Shown piece after piece: positions 9,240-17,891 of a DNA stretch of 63,770 bases (positions within the stretch are counted from its first letter, which is position 1; every line of letters begins with the position of its first letter). Source of the DNA: a virus (lineage: Duplodnaviria; Caudoviricetes); the IMG/VR virus record IMGVR_UViG_3300044731_000783, positions 1 to 63,770 of that record. One strand, written 5' to 3'. The position numbers were made by a program, and so were the translations under genes. Under the pieces are notes generated by a model. That model was not told the origin of the DNA. It was given only the letters and a program-made list of their open reading frames with translations, and did no database searches.

Positions 9240-9779
9240 TTATAAATAAACAACTTGTATATTTAAAGTATTAAATTGTTCAAGGGTAACTCTTTTAGCA
9301 CTTTTATTCTGATCTTTGGTTTTTAAAAAATTACCATTTTCCGAAAATGCTGATGTTATTATATTAAAAAAATTCCCATCTTTACTAATTAAAAATTCCA
9401 TATAATCAAAATTTTTATCATCTTCATTATCATCTCTTTTTTTTATGAAAATTAGTTTATTATTTTCTGGGTTTATTTTATTAAAACTTTCATAAACTTT
9501 GTTTAATTCAGACCTAAAAGTATTTCTAACCATGCTATCTGGTACCGCCAATCTTGGTTGAGCTTGAAATTTAGAACGTCTTGTTTCGATATATTCTTTA
9601 TATAATTCAACTATTTCATCATATGAAAGATTTCCAAATCTTTCCTCTCTCTGGTGATATGTAGATTTTAACTGAATTAACTTATTATCAATTAATTCTG
9701 AAAAAATTAATTTACCGCTTTCTTTTTTTCTACCACTTTCAAATAAAATAGTATTTTTTAATACGTTAATAAGTTTCAT
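9240..9779 (-). CDS. Hypothetical protein with leader-like N-terminus
   Basis: Start reassigned to 9779 (MKLINVLKNTILFES) because the longer start lies within a terminator and TATTTAT sits at 9784-9790. Confidence 0.7.
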   Translation of the reverse strand: MKLINVLKNTILFESGRKKESGKLIFSELIDNKLIQLKSTYHQREERFGNLSYDEIVELYKEYIETRRSKFQAQPRLAVPDSMVRNTFRSELNKVYESFNKINPENNKLIFIKKRDDNEDDKNFDYMEFLISKDGNFFNIITSAFSENGNFLKTKDQNKSAKRVTLEQFNTLNIQVVYL

Positions 9780-9793
9780 ATTTATAAATATAC

Positions 9794-9819
9794 AAAAAGG
9801 TGGGTTTTGGCCCACCTTT
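9794..9819 (-). terminator. Intrinsic terminator
   Basis: Minus strand AAAGGTGGG-CCAAAA-CCCACCTTT running into a T-tract. Confidence 0.85.
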
Positions 9820-9934
9820 CTGATTTTCCAATAATACGACTTGAGGAATTTAAACCCGACACTCTAACCGCGGTATCACGACGACTTACGACCCTAGGAG
9901 TAAGCTTCCCAGTCTTTGTGTTAACCACATTGAC
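9794..9934 (-). ncRNA. Candidate structured small RNA (~140 nt), family unrecognised
   Basis: GC-richer intergenic stretch between a consensus Bacteroidota promoter and a terminator; several stems; only a 14-codon ATG ORF. Confidence 0.55.
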
Positions 9935-9938
9935 AATA

Positions 9939-9969
9939 CAAAGATATAAATATTTTTTAATCTACCAAA
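9939..9969 (-). promoter_or_regulatory. Bacteroidota-type -33/-7 promoter
   Basis: TTTG-N19-TATCTTTG. Confidence 0.75.
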
Positions 9970-10808
9970 ATTTCTTGACGAATATTTTTAAAAATATGTG
10001 TAATTACATCTACGGTCCAACCATTTCCTAACATATTAAACCTTTGTGTATTTGATACCATTGATGAGTAATTATCTGGGACCGTCTGTAATCTTTCACA
10101 TTCAAGTGGTGAAAATAACCTATCCTCACCAGTTACAGCTTTTATCTCCAAATAACATTTTGGTGTTATATTTTTACCCCATCCGTGTGCCAATTCACGG
10201 GTAAGTGTTGGTGCCTTGCCAGTTGCTTTATAATTTTTAGCATAATAAAGTTGTGCTTGTATTGTTTTTGGTGGTAGTATTTTATGTTCTCCAGAATAAT
10301 CAATAATATCTTTAACTAAGATTCCCTTATCTTCCGGTTGTTCAATGCCTGGTATATTTGTCCAGTATAATCTTTCTCTACTTTGAGCTGAAACCAAATT
10401 ACTATTTATTCTTATTGGTTCAACACCCATATGTTCTGTAATTACTTGTTCGTGTTCTTTTTTCATTTTAACATTTTCAAGTAAAAAATATTTTGGGTTT
10501 AATTCTTCTTTTAATCTAACAAATTCAAAAAACAACTTACTTCTTGGGTCGTCAAAATTTAATCTTTTGCCGGCAAATGAAAATCCTTGACAAGGTGAAC
10601 CACCAAACATAATATCAATTTTTGGTAAATCACTTCCTTTAACATCTAAAATATCACCAATCTGAATTGTTTCCGGATAATTGTGTTGTGTTACCTGGAT
10701 AGCGTATTTATCAATTTCTGAAGCAAAATACTTATCATACTTTATCCCAACTCTATTAAGAGCAATCTGTCCACAGGACATTCCATCAAATAAACTTAAT
10801 ACATTCAT
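9957..10808 (-). CDS. DNA (cytosine-5)-methyltransferase
   Basis: LFDG motif I, GSPCQ, LENV, QSRER, GNGW. Confidence 0.95.
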   Translation of the reverse strand: MNVLSLFDGMSCGQIALNRVGIKYDKYFASEIDKYAIQVTQHNYPETIQIGDILDVKGSDLPKIDIMFGGSPCQGFSFAGKRLNFDDPRSKLFFEFVRLKEELNPKYFLLENVKMKKEHEQVITEHMGVEPIRINSNLVSAQSRERLYWTNIPGIEQPEDKGILVKDIIDYSGEHKILPPKTIQAQLYYAKNYKATGKAPTLTRELAHGWGKNITPKCYLEIKAVTGEDRLFSPLECERLQTVPDNYSSMVSNTQRFNMLGNGWTVDVITHIFKNIRQEILVD

Positions 10809-11659
10809 AGTCCTTTAAATATATGTGAAATTACATCAACTGTCCACCCATTTCCAATCATTTTTTTTCTTTGGTTTAAAGAAACTAATGAAGTGTAATT
10901 ATCTGGTAGTGTTTGTAATCTTTCATATTCAAGAATGTTGAGTTCCCTCATAATATTATTAACAATCACACCATAATTACAAGCAGTGTTTAATGTGTTT
11001 GTTTTTCCGTTACTAACACGACCTCTTCTATTTTTACTACTTGGAAATTCCAAATTTACACAATCTCCGTGTTTTGCAAATAAATACCCTATTTTTGTTC
11101 CGTTTTTTATTTTAAAAATGTTATCTTTAATATCAAGAATAATTCTATTATCATCTACTATTTTTTCATCCCCATTTGACTCTAAAATATCAAGTATATT
11201 AATATTTTTATCCTCTATATTTTTATCGAATGGGATATTGGTCCAATACAATCTCTGTCTTTTCTGTGCTGAAAAAAACTTACTATCAATCATAACTGGT
11301 TCAAAACCAATTGTATCTGTTATGATTTTTTCCCATTCTTTTTTCATTACAACATTTTCAAGAAGAAAATATTTTGGTTTAACTTCATTTAATACTCTAA
11401 TGTATTCCCAAAATAAACCACTTTTACCATCAAATCCAGAATTATCACCAGACCTACTAAACGATTGACATGGAGATCCACCAATTACTAAATCTATCTT
11501 TGGTAAATTTTTTGTGTCTAAACCAACAATACTACCCAACTGTATTGTATCTGGGTAGTGGTTTTGTGTTACGGTAATCGCGTGCTTATCAATTTCTGAT
11601 GCAAAATATTTATCATACTTTATACTGGCTCTATTAAGAGCAATCTGTCCACAGGACAT
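10751..11659. repeat. 31-bp exact direct repeat shared by the two MTase 5' ends
   Basis: ctctattaagagcaatctgtccacaggacat at 10751-10781 and 11629-11659. Confidence 0.9.
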
Positions 11660-11689
11660 CCCATCAAAAAGAGAAAGTACATTCATCAT
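10805..11689 (-). CDS. DNA (cytosine-5)-methyltransferase, tandem paralogue
   Basis: LFDG, GSPCQ, LENV, QKRQR, GNGW. Confidence 0.95.
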   Translation of the reverse strand: MMNVLSLFDGMSCGQIALNRASIKYDKYFASEIDKHAITVTQNHYPDTIQLGSIVGLDTKNLPKIDLVIGGSPCQSFSRSGDNSGFDGKSGLFWEYIRVLNEVKPKYFLLENVVMKKEWEKIITDTIGFEPVMIDSKFFSAQKRQRLYWTNIPFDKNIEDKNINILDILESNGDEKIVDDNRIILDIKDNIFKIKNGTKIGYLFAKHGDCVNLEFPSSKNRRGRVSNGKTNTLNTACNYGVIVNNIMRELNILEYERLQTLPDNYTSLVSLNQRKKMIGNGWTVDVISHIFKGL

Positions 11690-12486
11690 AGATAGTCAAA
11701 TAATTCAGATGATTCATTACGAAGTCTACGAAGTGCTTTCTCTTTAATCTGTCTAACTCTTTCTTTTGTTAGATTGAAATCTGAGCCGATGTCTTCAAGT
11801 GTTCTTGGTGTTCCTGTAAGACCAAAGTAATCCCCTATGATAGATTTTTCACGGTCATCTAAAACATTTAACAATGATAATAACTTATCTTTTAAAATAT
11901 CTTTTGTATCAAATCCCGCATCTGGTGCTACCGCATCCGGATTTTCAATTAGGTCAATAAGCGTATCACCTTCCTCATTGATATTCATATCAAGATTGAT
12001 AATCGAAGGTAGTGATGTGAACTTATCGTCAAGTTTTTTACCAGATTGTTCAACTTCTTTTTTGGCTTTTTGTAAGTCTTGTACAACATTAACCGGGAGT
12101 CTAATTGTTCTAGCATTGTCATTTAGTGACTGGATGATTGATTGTTTAACCCACCATACTGCGTATGATATAAATCTTAAATCCTTATTCCAATCAAAGT
12201 TTTTAATTGCTTTCATAAGTCCTAAGTTTCCTTCAGCAATTAAGTCTGGAAGGTCAAGGCCTTGATTTTGATACTGTTTTGCAACTGTAATTACAAAACG
12301 TAAATTTCCTTCCAATAACTCACCTTCTATTTTTTTTCTTTCTCTTTCTGAAATCTCATCAGATTTCATTTTTACGGCTAATTCTTTTTCACGATCAGGT
12401 GTCATAACCTTAATCTTTCTAATGTCTTTTAGGTAGTGATAAATCTCTTCCTGGTTAATTGGTACTCCGGTGTTTTTTTCTTTCAT
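11686..12486 (-). CDS. RNA polymerase sigma-70 factor (RpoD/SigA-like, lacking region 1.1)
   Basis: NLRFVITVAKQY, DLIAEGNLGLMKA, RFISYAVWW, RTIRLP, TKERVRQIKEKAL. Confidence 0.95.
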   Translation of the reverse strand: MKEKNTGVPINQEEIYHYLKDIRKIKVMTPDREKELAVKMKSDEISERERKKIEGELLEGNLRFVITVAKQYQNQGLDLPDLIAEGNLGLMKAIKNFDWNKDLRFISYAVWWVKQSIIQSLNDNARTIRLPVNVVQDLQKAKKEVEQSGKKLDDKFTSLPSIINLDMNINEEGDTLIDLIENPDAVAPDAGFDTKDILKDKLLSLLNVLDDREKSIIGDYFGLTGTPRTLEDIGSDFNLTKERVRQIKEKALRRLRNESSELFDYL

Positions 12487-12490
12487 ATAT

Positions 12491-13009
12491 TTATGCTTGT
12501 TTTGAATATTCGTCTAATTTATCTTTCTCTGCTCTTGTAAGCGAGTCTATACCTTGATCTACAATTTTATCTAAAATTTCGTCAAGAGTCAAATCACAAA
12601 CGTTATTTTTTAAAAACTCATCAACCCTTTTTCTGTGTTCTTCCATAAATGCAGCGACATCAAAAGTAAGTTTTGGTTTTTGGTTTGTTACTGTTGGTTT
12701 ACGTCCTCTTTTTTTCTTACCAATAAGGTGTTCAAAATTATTTTTGTCCATATCGGATGAAACGCTTTTTGCGTTTTGGACTAAAACAAACATAAACTCT
12801 GGAACATCATCTTTTATAAGATTGACATATTCTTCTACTTCACTTTGTGACAAATTACTCTCAAAGTTAAAGATGGTGTGGTTTTCACCGTAAACAAATT
12901 TAAGTTGTTCTTCTTTTATAATGTGAACTAATTCGTGTGCAAATTTTTGGTTTGACTCGGTTTCATCCCAGTTATCATTACAGGGGTAGACAAATAGTAA
13001 GTATTTCAT
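12491..13009 (-). CDS. Hypothetical protein with C-terminal DUF6576-like domain
   Basis: LDEILDKIVDQGIDSLTRAEKDKL. Confidence 0.65.
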   Translation of the reverse strand: MKYLLFVYPCNDNWDETESNQKFAHELVHIIKEEQLKFVYGENHTIFNFESNLSQSEVEEYVNLIKDDVPEFMFVLVQNAKSVSSDMDKNNFEHLIGKKKRGRKPTVTNQKPKLTFDVAAFMEEHRKRVDEFLKNNVCDLTLDEILDKIVDQGIDSLTRAEKDKLDEYSKQA

Positions 13010-13028
13010 AGAGTTTTTATTTATACGA

Positions 13029-13036
13029 CAAAGATA
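13029..13036 (-). promoter_or_regulatory. Bacteroidota-type -7 element
   Basis: TATCTTTG about 20 nt upstream of 13009; no clear -33 element. Confidence 0.55.
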
Positions 13037-13066
13037 AGAAAAAGTTTCTGATATTTTGTTTTTTTA

Positions 13067-13984
13067 CTAGATTAAATTTTTTATTCTTTTTTGTGTTAAA
13101 TCAAAATAATTCTTGTCTAATTCACAACCTATAAAATTTCTTTCATTATTAATACAAGAAATAGCAGTCGAACCTCCACCCATAAATGGGTCTAAAATTA
13201 TATCACCCTTATTTGAACATACATTGACTAATCTTTCTATCAATTTTAAAGGTTTTTCTGTTGGGTGAATTTTTTCTTCTTTTGGTATATAAAAATTTAT
13301 ATCATCAAAAACATCTGTTAATCCCATTGGTAGATTAAAAGTATAAACAATGTCTTCATATTTTGGTAAACCCCCAAATAAACTACTTAATTTATCCCAA
13401 TCCTCTTTAGTTGGTTCTTGTAATTTTTTTTGTTTTTTGCCAGCAATTGAAGACCATGTCCCACCACCATTAGTTGCCTTACCTAAAAAAGTATTAATTT
13501 CTTTTGCGTTTAAGCCCTTTTCATTTGCTTTTGATTGTAATAAGTCTCTAATATAATCATTACTATCTTTAACAAAATAATAAATATGTTCAGTAGTTGT
13601 TGGGAACATTTTTAATTTTGGGGATATCCTACCGGCCGCACTCTTCATTCCTTTCCAAATAACAATTTGTTGTCTAAATTTAAAACCATTTTCTTCTATT
13701 ATTGGTAATAAATTAGCTAATTGGTAACTGTAACCAAAAATAAAAAATGAAGCGCTTTTTTTTGTTATTCTAGATATTTCAACAATCCACTCTGAACACC
13801 AATTTTTATATTCATCAATTGTTTTCCATTGTTTATCCCATTCTTCATCAACAACACCCCAATATGGTGGATCTGTTATACAAGAGTCAACACACTCATC
13901 TGGTAAATTTTTTAAAAATTCAACACAATCTTGATTATATATTTTATTTAATTCTACGAATTGTTTTTCCTCTTTCTTTTCCAT
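13067..13984 (-). CDS. DNA amino-methyltransferase (N6-A/N4-C, beta class)
   Basis: N-terminal DPPY, HPTEKP, C-terminal ILDPFMGGGST. Confidence 0.93.
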   Translation of the reverse strand: MEKKEEKQFVELNKIYNQDCVEFLKNLPDECVDSCITDPPYWGVVDEEWDKQWKTIDEYKNWCSEWIVEISRITKKSASFFIFGYSYQLANLLPIIEENGFKFRQQIVIWKGMKSAAGRISPKLKMFPTTTEHIYYFVKDSNDYIRDLLQSKANEKGLNAKEINTFLGKATNGGGTWSSIAGKKQKKLQEPTKEDWDKLSSLFGGLPKYEDIVYTFNLPMGLTDVFDDINFYIPKEEKIHPTEKPLKLIERLVNVCSNKGDIILDPFMGGGSTAISCINNERNFIGCELDKNYFDLTQKRIKNLI

Positions 13985-14735
13985 GTGTTGTTTTTTTATT
14001 TTTTATATCAATAAATTCAAATATTTCATTGTATTGATAAATATCTTTAATTATTTTAAAATCTTTATTTAAAACCTTGGACATTTTTTTTAAAATTTTT
14101 TCATCATATTCGATTTTTTTAGTTTCATTTCTTTCAACAACAATACCAAAATCATCATCAAATTTTATTGTAATTGATGTTGTTTCAATTGGGTTTGATG
14201 CGTAAAAATCAGCAGAAAAGGGTAAAAAATTTTTATTTTTAGATTTACCAAGTTTATTTTGTGTTTTTAATATTTGAATAAAATGTTCATTATTAGCATC
14301 AATAACATATTGTTTTAAATAAAATGTGTTACACTCATAAGAATTTTTTTCTGGATATAAAACCCATAAATGATATAATGGTATTCCATATTCAAAATTA
14401 GCCTTAGTATCTATTGACCATCGTGAATCCGAAATATATTCAAAATCTGTTGAACTACATAAACATTTTTCAGCAAAAAAATGTAATTTTCCACCACAAT
14501 TAATACACTTTTTTGGTTGTACCAAGGACGTAGCTTTAGTCTCATCTTTATTATCGTGGTCATATCCATGGGATATCGAACCGGTACCTTTTATGTCGTG
14601 TTCAATACATGTTAGTAATTCAAATTCATCATCAGAAAAACCAATAGAAATTGGTGTGTTATATTTCTTACCAAGTTTGATTTTTTCAAACCAATTACTG
14701 GTTAAATTTTTTATTGTTATTAATGTTTTGTCCAT
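13944..14735 (-). CDS. Putative type II restriction endonuclease, MamI-like
   Basis: G-Y-D...E-T-K (PD-(D/E)xK), Q-x-x-KCxxCG, DSRW, NFLPFSADFYASNPI recall the MamI family; overlaps the MTase. Confidence 0.65.
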   Translation of the reverse strand: MDKTLITIKNLTSNWFEKIKLGKKYNTPISIGFSDDEFELLTCIEHDIKGTGSISHGYDHDNKDETKATSLVQPKKCINCGGKLHFFAEKCLCSSTDFEYISDSRWSIDTKANFEYGIPLYHLWVLYPEKNSYECNTFYLKQYVIDANNEHFIQILKTQNKLGKSKNKNFLPFSADFYASNPIETTSITIKFDDDFGIVVERNETKKIEYDEKILKKMSKVLNKDFKIIKDIYQYNEIFEFIDIKNKKTTHGKERGKTIRRIK

Positions 14736-14740
14736 AACAA

Positions 14741-14772
14741 CAAACTTACAAAAAATATTTTAATTTACCAAA
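14741..14772 (-). promoter_or_regulatory. Bacteroidota-type -33/-7 promoter
   Basis: TTTG-N20-TAAGTTTG ending 5 nt before the endonuclease ATG. Confidence 0.65.
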
Positions 14773-17138
14773 ACTTTTGAAATATTTTCTTCTTTTTTAA
14801 TCTTCACAGAAAAATCACACCATTGGTTAATTAATGGGTTATGCGAAATAATGAATATCTTATCAAAATAATCTTTAATTTTAACAAAAAACTCAAACAC
14901 CATTTCCAAGTTATCGTTACTAATTTTCCCAAAAACTTCATCAAATACAACCGAATTTGGTTTTGGTAAACTACATATTTTGCTCAATACCGATCTTAAT
15001 GCAAGAGAGGCTAAAGTCCTCTCGAAACCTGATCCGGAAACCATTAATTTCTCAATACCGGTGCTATTATCGATCATTAAAAATTCAACTTCACTTTTGT
15101 CATTAATTCTAATTTCCATTTTAAAATGACAACTATCTTCCATCAATCTTTGTAATTCAGAGTTAATTAGTGGCATCATAGTTTTCATAATAATTTTTGA
15201 AACACCGTTCTTACCGTAAGATTCAAGATATATTTTGTAAATTTTATCTTTATCTTCTTCTTCCTGGATTTTCACAATCATTTTTTTATTGTGGTCAATT
15301 TTTTCATCGGTTGTTTTAATACTGTACTCGGTTGAAGAAATTTGTTGGTTCTTATTTTTTTTCATTTGTTCAAGTTCGTCAATTCTAATGTCAGCCTTAA
15401 TTAACATTTCGTCAATTTTCAAATTAGATTTGATTTTATCCTGTACTTCATTCCATCTTTCCAACTTACTATTTAACCCGGAAATTTTTAAATCACAACT
15501 TTCAATACTTAAATCATATTTTTCTTTGATAAGTTTGTTTTTTTCATACTCATCAAACTGTCTTTTAGTTTCAACAAATTCTTTTTCTTTGACCGATAAC
15601 TCATTCAATAATACCTCTTTATGTGCTTTTTGAGTGATAAGTCCTGCAAGTTCCGAAATTTTTTGTTGGGTAATTGCAGCGTTCATTAGTTCAATTCCAC
15701 AGTGTTCACACTTAATCCCACCTTTAACCGAACTTTTTAATTTTTCAATTTCAGTTATTTTTGTATCAAGTGTAATCTTTTCGGTATTAACTTTTTTGTA
15801 TTCTTCCTTGACCTCATCATGCTTATCTTCATAATAATAGTTTTCCGGCTCAACAACATTTAATTCATTTAATTTTTCCTGGAATGATTCTTTTTGACCA
15901 TTTAAATTCTGGATTTCAATTTGAGTTTCTTGTGGGTTCATAAGAGCAATTTCCTTATCAATGTCTGTATGTTTTTTCTTTAACATATCATCACGATATT
16001 CTTTACCCTTACTTAATTTTTGTTCGATATCCTTTAACTCATTCTTATACTCAACAATTGATTCATTATAACTAACGATTTGGTCCTCATAAGTTTTAAT
16101 ATCCGATTTTAACTGTTCAGAACTATAAAGATTTGATAGTTTTGATTTGTTAAAGTCCGAATAAATTTCTTTTGCAACCTCCTCTTTCCGTTTTAAAAAC
16201 TCAAGACCCATAAATCTTGAAAGGACTTGTCCTCTGGCTGTTGGTTTTGACTCCAATAGATCTTCAAGATTTGTTGCTGTTGTTAGAATGGTCATTAAGA
16301 AATCCTCCTTTGTTCCAATGGAATTTTTAATGAACGCTTCAGTTTCCCTTCTTTGTTCTCCGGTGAAGTTTTGTAGTGATCCGTCGTGTAATTTTTTAAA
16401 GAAATCTAATTCTGTTTTTACATTCCAGTCACCCTTTTTAGATTTTTTTCTTTCAATCTTTCTCAAGATAATATAATCTTCACCATCAATTGTGATTTCA
16501 CCTTTAACCGATACTACATCTTTATCTGTAAACCGGTTAAAGATTTCCTCAGCTTTTGATGTTTTTGTTGTCTCATTGAAAAATAAGAACATCAACAAAT
16601 CCACCGTAAGAACCGTTTTTCCACCAAAATTAGGTGGATTAGATTCAACAACGACTAAACCATTTAGTTTGTCAAAATCTAATCTTTGGTTTTCGCCATA
16701 TGATAAAAAATTTGAGAACTCAATGTTTCTAATATACCATTTTTTAAATTGTGTTATATCAACATCACCTTCTTCCATTTTGTTTTCAACCATTCGGTTT
16801 AATTCCAAAACTTTATCTAGACTTTTTTCATAATTTTTTGATTCCAAAAATTTCTTTAATAAATCCAATTGATAATTTGTGTCAGTAATATTAACTGAAA
16901 CGTCAACTGTTTGCATTGTTTCCTGGTCTACATTCTTAACTTTTGTTAACACATTAACATTAGTTGTGTTGTATTTCTTTTGGAAATAATGTTTAACACT
17001 TTTAATTTTATCTTGTGTAAAATTTTCTTGGAAATCTTCCCATACTACTTGTATAGATGGGTTTTCAAACTTTGAAAAGTCCAAATCTTTTATCATAATA
17101 TTGTAATTGTATAATCTTGGTGGATTAAATAAATCCAT
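14760..17138 (-). CDS. SbcC/Rad50/gp46-like recombination ATPase with N-terminal extension
   Basis: NFLSYG, Walker A NFGGKT, zinc hook CEHC, SGSGFE signature, VVFDE Walker B, IISH. Confidence 0.92.
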   Translation of the reverse strand: MDLFNPPRLYNYNIMIKDLDFSKFENPSIQVVWEDFQENFTQDKIKSVKHYFQKKYNTTNVNVLTKVKNVDQETMQTVDVSVNITDTNYQLDLLKKFLESKNYEKSLDKVLELNRMVENKMEEGDVDITQFKKWYIRNIEFSNFLSYGENQRLDFDKLNGLVVVESNPPNFGGKTVLTVDLLMFLFFNETTKTSKAEEIFNRFTDKDVVSVKGEITIDGEDYIILRKIERKKSKKGDWNVKTELDFFKKLHDGSLQNFTGEQRRETEAFIKNSIGTKEDFLMTILTTATNLEDLLESKPTARGQVLSRFMGLEFLKRKEEVAKEIYSDFNKSKLSNLYSSEQLKSDIKTYEDQIVSYNESIVEYKNELKDIEQKLSKGKEYRDDMLKKKHTDIDKEIALMNPQETQIEIQNLNGQKESFQEKLNELNVVEPENYYYEDKHDEVKEEYKKVNTEKITLDTKITEIEKLKSSVKGGIKCEHCGIELMNAAITQQKISELAGLITQKAHKEVLLNELSVKEKEFVETKRQFDEYEKNKLIKEKYDLSIESCDLKISGLNSKLERWNEVQDKIKSNLKIDEMLIKADIRIDELEQMKKNKNQQISSTEYSIKTTDEKIDHNKKMIVKIQEEEDKDKIYKIYLESYGKNGVSKIIMKTMMPLINSELQRLMEDSCHFKMEIRINDKSEVEFLMIDNSTGIEKLMVSGSGFERTLASLALRSVLSKICSLPKPNSVVFDEVFGKISNDNLEMVFEFFVKIKDYFDKIFIISHNPLINQWCDFSVKIKKEENISKVLVN

Positions 17139-17141
17139 TTT

Positions 17142-17486
17142 TTATTTTTCTAATTCTGAAATTTGGTCTTCAACTTGTGATTCTTCTCTGTCTGCAATTG
17201 AAAATCCGGCACTATCAAATTCTGGTTCTTCCACTTGGAACATACCTTGGTTGTTTTCTTTAAATTCAACAATTGAGTTTAATTCAGTATCGTCAATAAC
17301 ACTAAATGGTGTTTCATTGCCCCCAACAGTTACATTTAATTGTTGTTCAAGACTTTCAGCATCTTTTTGTTCTGCCATTTGTTTCATCATCTTGTTTAGT
17401 GCGTTTTGCATTGCATATCTTTCTTGTGCAATTCTACGGTTTTTTTTTTCTACTTTTGCTCTATGAGCTTTTGCTGCTTTTCCCAT
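17142..17486 (-). CDS. Hypothetical protein (basic N-terminus, acidic C-terminus)
   Basis: 114-aa ORF. Confidence 0.7.
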   Translation of the reverse strand: MGKAAKAHRAKVEKKNRRIAQERYAMQNALNKMMKQMAEQKDAESLEQQLNVTVGGNETPFSVIDDTELNSIVEFKENNQGMFQVEEPEFDSAGFSIADREESQVEDQISELEK

Positions 17487-17498
17487 TTTTATTTATAT

Positions 17499-17891
17499 TT
17501 AATCGTTTAAAATTTCTTCTTTAGTTTCTTCTATATAAACTTGTTGTTTTGTTGGTCTATTTTCTTCAAACCATTCAATAATTGCATTTATTGCCCAAAC
17601 TGAACCGGCCGAAAACATTCCATCAAAAAATACACAATAATATTCATCAAGTCCAATAAAACAGTATGTTGGTGAAAACATTGTTAATGATAAAAAAAAT
17701 CCAACCCAGGTCCCGGTACATAACATACACTGTATTAATTCGGATATAAATTTACCTAAGAAATTAAATGGTGTATTTTCATTGTTACCCCAATTATGGA
17801 TTTTTTGTCTTAATCCATTAAATATGGATCCATAAACAAGTATGGTTGTCATTCCGTAAGCCGCAATCATAAAAATTAATAACTCTATCAT
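17499..17891 (-). CDS. Membrane protein, DUF1360-like
   Basis: TMs with LIQCMLCTGTWVG. Confidence 0.6.
   Translation of the reverse strand: MIELLIFMIAAYGMTTILVYGSIFNGLRQKIHNWGNNENTPFNFLGKFISELIQCMLCTGTWVGFFLSLTMFSPTYCFIGLDEYYCVFFDGMFSAGSVWAINAIIEWFEENRPTKQQVYIEETKEEILND

Noticed and set aside
9820-9934. tRNA, or twister/hammerhead/pistol ribozyme
   Set aside because: No cloverleaf or T-loop; UAACAC and GGUCGUAAG resemble twister but the GAG-containing 3' strand is missing; no CUGAUGA/GAAA core
9807-10031. 74-aa plus-strand ORF
   Set aside because: Starts inside a terminator and is antisense to the promoter and the MTase end
534-12486. Bacterial chromosome origin of the window (dnaJ, sigma-70)
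   Set aside because: No cellular operon context; interspersed with baseplate and phage replication genes
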